This document shows positions 19,969 to 29,358 of a stretch of 47,087 nucleotides of DNA, piece by piece. How positions within the stretch are numbered: position 1 is the first letter of the stretch; each line of letters begins with the position of its first letter. The notes below the pieces were generated by a model that was given only the letters and a program-made list of their open reading frames with translations, made no database searches and was not told the DNA's origin. The DNA comes from an uncultured Lachnospiraceae bacterium (GTDB taxonomy: Bacteria > Bacillota > Clostridia > TANB77 > CAG-508): the NCBI GenBank assembly GCA_964470175.1, contig CAYYBL010000004.1, forward strand, positions 1 through 47,087. Reading direction: 5' to 3'. The translations under genes were made by a program, and so were the position numbers.

Positions 19969-20880
19969 GTGGAAGAAAATAAGAAAGTTGCTGTTGTAAT
20001 GAGTACATACAATGGCGAGAAGTATTTAAAAGAACAAATTGATTCTATATTGAATCAAACATATAAAAATATTGTCATTGTCATTAGAGATGATGGTTCA
20101 AAAGATGGTTCAGTAAGTTTAATAGAAGAATACATGAAAGAAAATGACAATATAATCCTACATAAAGGAGAAAATCTTGGATTTGTAAATAGTTTTTTTA
20201 ATTTATTAGGATACGTGGATGCTGATTATTATGCATATGCTGATCAGGATGATGTGTGGCTTCCAGAAAAGATAAAACTTGCTGTTAATGAACTAAACAA
20301 ATTTGACAATTCTAAGCCAAATATGGTTTTTGGTGATTCGGATTATTATGATGAAAATATGAATTTTATGGGATTTGGTCCCAAAAATAGAAAGCATTCT
20401 TTTTTGATGTCATTGTTTTCATGTGTAGGACAGGGGATGACATTTACTATTAATAAAAAAGCACGTGATTTAATTATAGAAAACAGGCCGGAAAGCTGTT
20501 TCTTCCATGATTGGTGGACATATATTCTTTGTGAAGGATTGGGAAATGTCGGACAAAACAATGTAGTAGTAGTAAAGTATAGAAGAAGAAAGAAAAATGC
20601 AACATCTGAAGGGCAAGGATACTTTAGACTTCTAATTTGGAGAATAAAAAATTTAGTATTTGGAAGTGGCATGAAAGAAATAAAGCAGCAGATGCTAAAT
20701 TTCAAAAATATATATGGTGATGAAATATCAGATGATAAAAAAGAAATATTAGAATTGTTTGCAAATGAAAAATATGATTTCTTTAAGGCAATAAAGAAAA
20801 CCTTTTATCCAAAGAGAATAAGAAGTAAATTATTGGATGAAATAATGCTTAGATTTTTGTTTCTATTTGGATCTATGTAG
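19969..20880 (+). CDS. GT2 glycosyltransferase, RgpB-like rhamnosyltransferase
   Basis: VMSTYNGEKYL, IRDDGSKD, YADQDDVW, FHDWW. Confidence 0.88.
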   Translation: MEENKKVAVVMSTYNGEKYLKEQIDSILNQTYKNIVIVIRDDGSKDGSVSLIEEYMKENDNIILHKGENLGFVNSFFNLLGYVDADYYAYADQDDVWLPEKIKLAVNELNKFDNSKPNMVFGDSDYYDENMNFMGFGPKNRKHSFLMSLFSCVGQGMTFTINKKARDLIIENRPESCFFHDWWTYILCEGLGNVGQNNVVVVKYRRRKKNATSEGQGYFRLLIWRIKNLVFGSGMKEIKQQMLNFKNIYGDEISDDKKEILELFANEKYDFFKAIKKTFYPKRIRSKLLDEIMLRFLFLFGSM

Positions 20881-20889
20881 AGGAGATTT

Positions 20890-22149
20890 ATGGAAAAAAC
20901 AGAAGATAGAAAAGAATTTTTAAAAAATTTTATATGGAATAGTTTAGGCACAGGTATAAATGCGTTTAATTCATTATTCTTTCTAATAATTGTTACTCAT
21001 ATAAATGGAACTACAAGTGCAGGCATTTTTTCACTTGGATATGCTACAGCAAGTATTTTATATACAGTTGCAATGTATTCAGGAAGACTTTGCCAAGTTA
21101 CTGATATAAAGGGAAAAATTAAAGACAATGACTATATTTTGACAAGAATTATTACATGTTTCTTTATGGCGATTTGTGTTACCATTTTTTTGATAGCAAA
21201 AAAATATAGTCTATATAAAACTTCTGTTTTTATACTTCTTGCAACATTTAGAGGTATTGAAGCTTTTGCTGATGTACTTTATGGAGTAATGCAGAAAAAT
21301 GGATATTTATACAAGTGTGGCTTTTCTTTATTTATAAAAGGAATTATAGGAGTTATTTCATTTTTAATAGTTGATCTTGTTACAAATAATCTTGATTTTG
21401 CTTGCCTTTCAATAATAGTAGTAAATTTTGTGATTTTATTTTTATATGATTATTTGAAGATTACGAAAAAATTAATTGAAAAAGATAAACCTAAAAGAGA
21501 TCATATTATTTCAATTATTAAAAATGAATTTTTTGTTTTTGCAAACTCATTTGCAGGTATATATATATTAAATGCACCTAAATATGCTATTGATGGATTT
21601 CTATCAGAAGATATGCAAGCAATATATGGCTATATTATGATGCCAGCGACTGTAATGACACTTTTCACACAATTTATAGTTATGCCATTTTTAAGTAAAA
21701 TGAAAGAAATGTATGAAAATAAGAAAATAGATGATATTATAAAAACTTCTTTTAAAATAAAAATGGTGGTAATTGCATTTGGCGGGTTTGCAGTGCTATG
21801 TGCATTTTTACTTGGACCAGAGGTATTAAGAATACTTTATGGAGTTGATGAACTTCTAAACTATAGAATGAATTTATGCGTAATAATTGGTTCATACATT
21901 TTCTACGCACTTTCATATGTAGATTTAGTAGAACTTACTACTGTAAGACATACATTTTCACAATTTGTAATATACATGATTTCGATTGTAGTTGCTTTTG
22001 TTGGTTCGAGTGTACTAGTTAGAGTACTTGGACTTGGAATAAATGGTGCTACTTTCTCATGTACGACAACTCTTGGATTGCAATATATTATGTATTTTGT
22101 TGTGACAAAAATTACGATGAATAAAGTAAAAAAAGAAATAATAGAATAA
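20890..22149 (+). CDS. Wzx/MOP-superfamily oligosaccharide flippase
   Basis: KNFIWNSLG start, about 12 TMs, NAPKYAID, YGYIMMPA. Confidence 0.75.
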   Translation: MEKTEDRKEFLKNFIWNSLGTGINAFNSLFFLIIVTHINGTTSAGIFSLGYATASILYTVAMYSGRLCQVTDIKGKIKDNDYILTRIITCFFMAICVTIFLIAKKYSLYKTSVFILLATFRGIEAFADVLYGVMQKNGYLYKCGFSLFIKGIIGVISFLIVDLVTNNLDFACLSIIVVNFVILFLYDYLKITKKLIEKDKPKRDHIISIIKNEFFVFANSFAGIYILNAPKYAIDGFLSEDMQAIYGYIMMPATVMTLFTQFIVMPFLSKMKEMYENKKIDDIIKTSFKIKMVVIAFGGFAVLCAFLLGPEVLRILYGVDELLNYRMNLCVIIGSYIFYALSYVDLVELTTVRHTFSQFVIYMISIVVAFVGSSVLVRVLGLGINGATFSCTTTLGLQYIMYFVVTKITMNKVKKEIIE

Positions 22150-22167
22150 TATAGAAAGAGGTACTAA

Positions 22168-24168
22168 GTGGAAATTTTATATTTTTTAAGTACGTTTTTT
22201 TTGATAATTTCATTTTTAGCAGTAAAAAAATCAGATGAGAAACTTGGGTTTATAAAGTGGTTTGTTATAGCCATTGTAACTTTATACGGATACAATATTT
22301 GTATTGGTATGGTGCTTGGGGTTTTGAATATAAAATCATTTATATGGCTTCTAGCGGCTATAAATGTTTTGTTTGGATTCTCTTTTTTGTTTAAATCTGT
22401 ATTTAAGAAAGAATATCAAAAATATACAGTATCTAAAACTGAGATTGTATGTTTGGTTTTGTGTATATGTATTATGTGCATAATATTTGTACATGATTTA
22501 TATATCTATAAGGGTGATGTATCTCATTTTGCTGTGGACTCTGCTATACATTATAGAGCTGCAAAGCATTATTCAGATCATTTAACTACTTTCTTAAATA
22601 TAGAAGATAGATCATTTTTTAACTTCAATATAATGCAACCAGGAGCTTATATAAATGATGGTATATTTATGAATGTTATACATAAGATTTCAGGTCTTGA
22701 TTATACATATATATATCAAATGTTTGAAACATTAACATTATTTATAAGTGGAATGGCATTTTTGTCGATATTTATAGATAAAGTCAAAACAAAAAAAGGA
22801 CTTGTTGCAAGTGTGGTTTTATTTGCTCTTTATATGTATGGATATCCGTATAATTCTTGGATATATGGATTTTCATATTTATCAGTTGGCATAATGTTTG
22901 TAGCTGCTCTTATTCCAACAGTAGAAATGCTATTTTCTAAAGAAGGAGTATTAAGAAGATTTTTGATACCAATGATTGGTGTTTTGGGGGCAGGACTTAT
23001 TTTTTCATATTGCTTGTTTATACCACCAGTATTTGCAGCAATATGTATATATTCTTTCATAAGCGAATTACACTCTGATGAAAAAAAGATTTTAAAAATT
23101 TTCGGAAAAAACACAATCATTATTACTGTCGTGCTTTTGTTTGTAACGCTTTGTGGAATCTTATATCTATTTATTCCTTCATATACTACAGAAGGTCAAA
23201 CAGATTTAGTGAGCGCTCTTTCTATTGATGGTGCTATATATTCTGAAAAATATAAGAACTTTCTTGTATATATACCATTTGGCATTATTTATTTATTTGA
23301 ATTGTTCAAGAGAGTTAAGGAAAAAGATATAAGGTATTTTGATATATTTGCAGTTCTACTAGTATGTTTTACAGGTCTTTTATATATAGGTATGATTATA
23401 GGAAAAGTTGCACCTTACTACATGCTTAAAACGTATTTTATTCTTTGGATAGTTATATTTTCAGTAACTGCAGATATTATAAATAGCTATTCGGAAGAGA
23501 AAATGTTTAGAGCTGATTTCATAGTTTTGCTTCTTTTATTTCCTTTGTTTGTACTAAAAGGAATTAGTATAGAAAGTATAACTAGGATATACTTAGTCCT
23601 TGTTTTAGCATTTTACATGGCAATGCCTAATGTAAAAAAAGTAATTAAAGTTTCTGCATGTACATATATTATTGTTTGGGGCATATTTGTTGGATGTTGG
23701 TGTGAACTTAAAGCAGGACATATTATAGGTGAGACTGAGAAACATGCTCTTCCAAATTTAGTTGGAATATATTATATTGAAAATTGTGAATATAGAAAAC
23801 TTATTGATTTAAATAACAATTTTAATAGTAATGAAATTGAACTTGCAACATATGCAAGAGATAACTTAAAAGATATGACAGTAGAAAATACAGAGCTTAT
23901 GACAGAAGGATATTATACAAGAATCTGGGCTACAGCAGTATCTGAACTTTCAAGCGATACAATACCATATCAAAACGTTGTGCAAGACACAAAAATATAC
24001 ACTTTAGATGATGCACTTTCTGATGGTAAGAAATATGTGATTAAACTTGTATCAAAAGATAAAACAAAAATGGATGAATATAAATTGGAGCTTGAAAATG
24101 TAAAATCAAATCCAAGACTCGAAATATTAAAAGAAAATGAGAATGGTTTTGTAGCCAAAATAAAGTAA
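22168..24168 (+). CDS. Multi-TM membrane protein, probable GT-C-fold glycosyltransferase
   Basis: VDSAIHY loop motif, GAYINDG, YGYPYNSWIYGFSYL, IFSYCLF; paralog of the next gene. Confidence 0.55.
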   Translation: MEILYFLSTFFLIISFLAVKKSDEKLGFIKWFVIAIVTLYGYNICIGMVLGVLNIKSFIWLLAAINVLFGFSFLFKSVFKKEYQKYTVSKTEIVCLVLCICIMCIIFVHDLYIYKGDVSHFAVDSAIHYRAAKHYSDHLTTFLNIEDRSFFNFNIMQPGAYINDGIFMNVIHKISGLDYTYIYQMFETLTLFISGMAFLSIFIDKVKTKKGLVASVVLFALYMYGYPYNSWIYGFSYLSVGIMFVAALIPTVEMLFSKEGVLRRFLIPMIGVLGAGLIFSYCLFIPPVFAAICIYSFISELHSDEKKILKIFGKNTIIITVVLLFVTLCGILYLFIPSYTTEGQTDLVSALSIDGAIYSEKYKNFLVYIPFGIIYLFELFKRVKEKDIRYFDIFAVLLVCFTGLLYIGMIIGKVAPYYMLKTYFILWIVIFSVTADIINSYSEEKMFRADFIVLLLLFPLFVLKGISIESITRIYLVLVLAFYMAMPNVKKVIKVSACTYIIVWGIFVGCWCELKAGHIIGETEKHALPNLVGIYYIENCEYRKLIDLNNNFNSNEIELATYARDNLKDMTVENTELMTEGYYTRIWATAVSELSSDTIPYQNVVQDTKIYTLDDALSDGKKYVIKLVSKDKTKMDEYKLELENVKSNPRLEILKENENGFVAKIK

Positions 24169-24189
24169 TAAATAAGATAGGAGAAAAGG

Positions 24190-26115
24190 ATGTTTTTAGT
24201 AGTATGTTATGTACTTTCTGTGATAGTACTATTTATCAGTTTTTTATTAGTAAAAAAATCTGATGCAAAGCTAAATTTTGTTAGTCAAGCAATACTGTCA
24301 TTTATTTGTTTTTTAGCTTATAATATCGCAGTTGTAATGATATTTGGAAATTTGAATTTTACCACAAATCTAGTATTTCTATGTGTATTCAATTTTATAG
24401 TCTCTATCATTTTATTTATAAAAATTTTTAAGGATAAAGTAGTACAGAGGTACGAATTTAGAGTAAGAGATTTTATTGCAATGGTAGTTGTACTTTTGAT
24501 AGTTGGATATATCAGCTATAAACAATACAGAACATTTGATTTAACTGTTGCAAATGGATCAGTTGATGCTTCTATGCATTACTCTGCAGCATCTACGTTT
24601 GCAGATTATATGAAACCACTCTCAAAAGTAGATCATGGGATGGGATATAATTTTACTACTATGCAAACGGGTGCATATATTAATAATGGCATATTTATGA
24701 ATATTATGAGGCATTTAAGACCAGAGTATAAAGAATATGTCACATTTAAAATATTTGAAATTGGGATATTAGCTCTTAATATAGCCTCATTTTATATGTT
24801 AATTTCTAAAAAACTTGATTCAAAAATAAATTACATAGTAGGTATTGTATTTCTTATTTTATATGGTTTTGCATATCCATATACAAATCTTTTGTATGGA
24901 TTTTCATATTTAAGTGTATCAATATCTTTTGCTACAGGACTATTCTATGTATCAAGTTTGTATGTGGGAACTAATCACAAAAGTGATAGTGAATCAATAG
25001 ATGATGACTCATTTCATATAGTGAAAGGCAAAAAGAATAATATAGAAGAAGATTTAACTGATATGGAAATAAATTCTTTTTGGTTTATCCTTTTTGTAGT
25101 ACTTATGGGAATAGGTATCATATTCTCATATTGCTTATTTGTTCCAGCACTTTATGCATATATATGCATTTATGTATTTGCAGTTGATTTAAAGAATAAA
25201 AATGTAAAAAAATATCTGATATTTAGTAGGAATACTTTGATTATGACAGGTCTTCTTTTGATTGTTACAGTTTTAAGTGTATTATATCTTGTTGTTCCTA
25301 CATTTACATTAAGTGATCAAAATAAACTTACAGATGCAATAGGATTTGATGGAAACTTATATAAAGGATTATTTATTGATTTTATTTTCTATATACCATT
25401 TATGATTTTGTTTGTCATAAATTCATTTAGAAACAAAAAACTTGATTATCAAACAATTGCTATTATACTGATTGGTATTCAAACTATAGTATCGTTGCTA
25501 GGCGTAGTTTATGGGTACGTTTCAGCATATTATTACTATAAGATTTATACCATTATTTGGATACTAGCTGTAGAGATGGCTGCTAATTTAATTTGTAGCA
25601 ACAAGGATAATAAAGAATTTAGAATAATGTCAATTACTGCTCTTTGTTTGTGGTGTGCAATAATTTATATAGGGTACACAAATAAGGAATTTAGGCTTCA
25701 AGAAAAAGCACCTACACTTATTGAAGTATGTAAGACACCAAGTTTGGCAGGAATTTATTATGATTCAAATGTCTTAGCTACTGCAAATATAAATGTTTCT
25801 TGTTTAGTAAACTCAGATCGATTAGAGCTTGCAGAGCATATGGGTGATGATAAAGGAATGACACTTAAAAACATGATGGTTGGAGGAATGAATACAAACT
25901 GTAAAGCTTGGATGTATGTTGTTTCAAAAATTCATTCAGGTGGTGCTTCAATAAATGATTTACAATATGCTATAGTGGATACTACAGTTGATGATTTTAT
26001 GAATGAAGAAGAAAAAGAGTATTTTGTATACTATACAGACAATGAATTCGAAAGTAATGATGGGTATGAAGTTATTTACCAAAATAAAGCAGGAGTTATA
26101 TTGAAGAAAAAATAG
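24190..26115 (+). CDS. Multi-TM membrane protein, probable GT-C-fold glycosyltransferase (paralog of 22168)
   Basis: VDASMHY, GAYINNG, AYPYTNLLYGFSYL, IFSYCLF. Confidence 0.55.
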   Translation: MFLVVCYVLSVIVLFISFLLVKKSDAKLNFVSQAILSFICFLAYNIAVVMIFGNLNFTTNLVFLCVFNFIVSIILFIKIFKDKVVQRYEFRVRDFIAMVVVLLIVGYISYKQYRTFDLTVANGSVDASMHYSAASTFADYMKPLSKVDHGMGYNFTTMQTGAYINNGIFMNIMRHLRPEYKEYVTFKIFEIGILALNIASFYMLISKKLDSKINYIVGIVFLILYGFAYPYTNLLYGFSYLSVSISFATGLFYVSSLYVGTNHKSDSESIDDDSFHIVKGKKNNIEEDLTDMEINSFWFILFVVLMGIGIIFSYCLFVPALYAYICIYVFAVDLKNKNVKKYLIFSRNTLIMTGLLLIVTVLSVLYLVVPTFTLSDQNKLTDAIGFDGNLYKGLFIDFIFYIPFMILFVINSFRNKKLDYQTIAIILIGIQTIVSLLGVVYGYVSAYYYYKIYTIIWILAVEMAANLICSNKDNKEFRIMSITALCLWCAIIYIGYTNKEFRLQEKAPTLIEVCKTPSLAGIYYDSNVLATANINVSCLVNSDRLELAEHMGDDKGMTLKNMMVGGMNTNCKAWMYVVSKIHSGGASINDLQYAIVDTTVDDFMNEEEKEYFVYYTDNEFESNDGYEVIYQNKAGVILKKK

Positions 26116-26116
26116 T

Positions 26117-27004
26117 ATGAAAGTTGTTTCTATTGTAGTAAATTTTAATGATGATGAGGATACCAAAAAATATCTTGAAATGATGAAAAACTATGACATC
26201 ATAGATAAAATTTTAGTCGTAGATAATAAATCTACTAAAATAAATAGCTATGAAAGTTTACTTAGTTTTAAATCATCAAAAATAGAAATCATCCAAACAG
26301 ATAAAAATGGTGGATATAATTATGGTATCAATTATGGGATAAAGTACTTAGAGAGTATGGATGAAAAATATGATTACTTTATTATTTCGAATCCAGATAT
26401 TAGCATTGAAGAGAGCGCTATCAAAAATGTAATTGATATTTTAGAGAAAAACGAAAAATATGCCATGGGAAGTCCTAGAATGTACGACAAAAATTTAAAG
26501 CCAATAAGAAGAAGTAGTTGGAAAAAAAGGACTTACTTAAGGGATGTGGTACATAGTACAAGACTTTTAGAATTAATATTTTATAAAGTTTTAAGAAATG
26601 GTGAATATAGTGCAATTGATTATGAAAAGAGTATTCTTGAGGTTGAAGCCCTATCAGGTGCATTTTTCATTATAAAGAATAATATTTTAAAAGAAATAGA
26701 TTATTTGGATGAGAATGTATTTTTGTTTTATGAAGAAGATATATTATCAAATAGAATAGAAGAAAAGGGATACAAGATATTTAGTTTAAATAGTGAGAAA
26801 TTTATTCATTATGAAAGCAAATCAATCGGTAAGACTTTTTCGTACTTTAAAAAAATGAGAGAAATGTTTAGAAGTAGAATTTATTTTCAAAAGCAATACA
26901 ATCATATTAATACAATTCAAGTCATTATTTTATATGTATTATACTTTTTTAGATGCTTAGAACTTATTTTTGAGGTACCTATTAGAAAAATTCTAAATAA
27001 GTAA
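26117..27004 (+). CDS. GT2 glycosyltransferase (WbbL/RfbF-like rhamnosyltransferase family)
   Basis: VVDNKS, NGGYNYGIN, SNPD, LSGAFF, DENVFLFYEED. Confidence 0.85.
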   Translation: MKVVSIVVNFNDDEDTKKYLEMMKNYDIIDKILVVDNKSTKINSYESLLSFKSSKIEIIQTDKNGGYNYGINYGIKYLESMDEKYDYFIISNPDISIEESAIKNVIDILEKNEKYAMGSPRMYDKNLKPIRRSSWKKRTYLRDVVHSTRLLELIFYKVLRNGEYSAIDYEKSILEVEALSGAFFIIKNNILKEIDYLDENVFLFYEEDILSNRIEEKGYKIFSLNSEKFIHYESKSIGKTFSYFKKMREMFRSRIYFQKQYNHINTIQVIILYVLYFFRCLELIFEVPIRKILNK

Positions 27005-27010
27005 TTATAG

Positions 27011-27040
27011 AAATGCTGATAGTAATCAGCATTTTTTTTT
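27011..27040 (+). terminator. Intrinsic terminator ending the polysaccharide operon
   Basis: AAATGCTGAT-agta-ATCAGCATTT followed by a T run. Confidence 0.85.
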
Positions 27041-27118
27041 ACTTTTTGTATAAAAAAATCTGGATAATACCAGAAATCCGTGATATAATGAGCTTGTTTT
27101 TGGAGGTTACGATTTTTA

Positions 27119-27340
27119 ATGAAAGATTATTCTAAAGCATATACTGAAGTAATAGAGGTTTTAAAGTATTTTTCAAAAGATGATTATGATAAAATACCTT
27201 CAACTTTTTTAAATTTCTTAGAGAAAAATAGGGATGAAAAGTATTCATTTAAATACAATTTAGCACTTCCTATAGAAAAGCAGGATATTTCGTATGAAGC
27301 AAAGGTTGTGCTTGCCCTTATTTATAGTATGTGTTTATAA
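27119..27340 (+). CDS. Small hypothetical protein (73 aa)
   Basis: Has its own promoter (TGGATA-17-TATAAT with TG, 27061-27089), a GGAGG RBS and a terminator after the stop. Confidence 0.7.
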   Translation: MKDYSKAYTEVIEVLKYFSKDDYDKIPSTFLNFLEKNRDEKYSFKYNLALPIEKQDISYEAKVVLALIYSMCL

Positions 27341-27355
27341 ATTTTTACAAAAGAT

Positions 27356-27385
27356 AAAGAAGTAGGTTTTTAATACTTCTTTTTT
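27356..27385 (+). terminator. Intrinsic terminator
   Basis: AAAGAAGTA...TACTTCTTT plus a T run. Confidence 0.65.
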
Positions 27386-27466
27386 ATATTATAGGAATTA
27401 TCTTCGAAATTCCTATAATATAAAGCTTTCGGCTAAAATTGCACACAAATTTACTTCGTAAATTTG
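27383..27466. repeat. Palindromic REP-like element, copy 1
   Basis: 17-bp perfect inverted repeat TTTATATTATAGGAATT/AATTCCTATAATATAAA, followed by two more TTCG-containing hairpins; homologous to 44422-44476. Confidence 0.75.
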
Positions 27467-27563
27467 GCGCGTAGAACAAAGATGTGGACATTTGACTTAA
27501 ATTAATATTATTCAGTATTACATAATGTCCCCCTTTTGTTCTTCATAATTTGAAAGGATATCG

Positions 27564-29306
27564 ATGAAAAAAGTTGCTAAATCAGGATTAGTTAAATGGC
27601 AAAGAGATTGTTTTGAAACTATTAAGGATGATGAAAATGTTATTATATCATCTCCTACTGGAAGTGGAAAAACAAAAGTGTTTTTGAAATGGGCTTTAGA
27701 AAAAAGAGAAAGACCCATTTATATTACTGCGCCAATAAAAGCATTATCAAATCAAAGATTTAGAGAGCTTGAAAAACTTGGATTTACAGTTGGTATAGAA
27801 ACTGGAGATGTAAAATATGTACCTGAAAATTGTGATATCATTTGCTGTACGCAGGAAATATATACTAAGAAGTATGTAGATGATAGTGATGCAACTCTCA
27901 TAATAGATGAGTTTCATTATATTTTTGAAAATCCTGAAAGATCTAGAGCATATATTGATGCTTTAAATAAATCAAAAGCAAAAAATATTTTATTATGTTC
28001 TGCTACACTTGGTGATATTGAAGAACTTGCAAAATATTTAAAAGATGTCTCTGGTAGAGATTTTGAATATTATAAAAATAATAAAAGACTTACTAGATTA
28101 AAATATGGAGGAAAAATTTTACCAGAAGAAATAGATAATAGTTTTGTTGTGACTTTTTCTATGTTTAATATAGAAAGCATATTAGATGATTTATATTTTT
28201 CTAGAATTGGATTGTTAGATGAATATGAAATTAACCGTATTATGGAACTTACCAAAAAGTATAATATTAAACAGGATTCAGATGTAGTAAAACTGAGCAA
28301 AAAAGGATTAGCAGGTTATCATGGACAACTTTTACCAAAAGAAAAGTTGTTTATAGAAGAATGTTATGAAGAAGGTTTAATAGATACAGTGGTAGGTACT
28401 GATGCCCTAGCACTTGGTGTGAATTTTCCTGTTCAAAATGTTGTTTTTACGCAACTTGCAAAGTATCACGAGGGTCCTATTAGTAAATCATTATTTGATC
28501 AATTATGTGGAAGAGCAGGAAGAAAGGGATATTACGATATTGGCAATATATATTATTGTGATGAATTTTTTGATGAAAACGGGAAAAAATTAGAAAACAA
28601 AGACTATAAAACATCAGAATTGTTTTTACGACTAATCAAAGCAAAGGATGATAATTTTTCTATAACTCTTAATCCTAAACTAAAAGATATATTAATGCAT
28701 GAAACCACAATTGAAGAAGAAGCAGAATATGTTAAAAGATTTTCTACAACTTCTGTTGATTTGAACCAAGTAATATCAGACATTAGATCAAAAATACTAT
28801 ATATAACAAACTTTAGTATAAAAAAACATATGCCTGAAATATTAGAAGATGAAGATGATATTGATAGAGAATTTAGCCAAAATATTGGTGAAGCTTATTT
28901 TGATGAATTTCCAGTAGAAAAAAATTGTAGTCTTTTTGCAGATATATTATTAGGTAAAAATTCAAGTTTTCTGAGGGAAAAGTATGCAGATACATTTTTT
29001 GATTTATTAGAACTCAGAAAGTATTTGATGGCTCTTCCTTCAAGATATAAGATAAATATTGATTTTGCTGAATTAGAAAGCCTTATCAATAGTATTGATC
29101 ATACGGTTTTAAATATTCATAGAGGAAGAGTATCAAAAGGAGATATCGGTACTTTAATTGAAGATGAAGGCATAAGTAAAGGTGAAATTGAAGAATTACT
29201 ATCAGATATGGGTGAAAAAATAAAAGAAAAAAAATCAAAGAGAAGTAAAGTTAAATCTTTTAAAATAAATAAAAGAAATCCAAAAGAAATTATTGAGGAA
29301 TTTTAA
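27564..29306 (+). CDS. SF2 DExH helicase, Ski2-like
   Basis: SPTGSGKT, APIKALSNQ, ETGD, IIDEFH, SAT, GYHG, GTDALALGVNFP, QLCGRAGRKG. Confidence 0.88.
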   Translation: MKKVAKSGLVKWQRDCFETIKDDENVIISSPTGSGKTKVFLKWALEKRERPIYITAPIKALSNQRFRELEKLGFTVGIETGDVKYVPENCDIICCTQEIYTKKYVDDSDATLIIDEFHYIFENPERSRAYIDALNKSKAKNILLCSATLGDIEELAKYLKDVSGRDFEYYKNNKRLTRLKYGGKILPEEIDNSFVVTFSMFNIESILDDLYFSRIGLLDEYEINRIMELTKKYNIKQDSDVVKLSKKGLAGYHGQLLPKEKLFIEECYEEGLIDTVVGTDALALGVNFPVQNVVFTQLAKYHEGPISKSLFDQLCGRAGRKGYYDIGNIYYCDEFFDENGKKLENKDYKTSELFLRLIKAKDDNFSITLNPKLKDILMHETTIEEEAEYVKRFSTTSVDLNQVISDIRSKILYITNFSIKKHMPEILEDEDDIDREFSQNIGEAYFDEFPVEKNCSLFADILLGKNSSFLREKYADTFFDLLELRKYLMALPSRYKINIDFAELESLINSIDHTVLNIHRGRVSKGDIGTLIEDEGISKGEIEELLSDMGEKIKEKKSKRSKVKSFKINKRNPKEIIEEF

Positions 29307-29358
29307 TAATATATGTATAATTTATTTGGAATTTTTTAAATATTACGGGAGGCATTTT

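Noticed and set aside
29293-29358. Longer ORF-track starts for glmU (and likewise rmlA 33106, wzt 6235)
   Set aside because: Downstream ATGs have clear RBSs and match the family N-termini.
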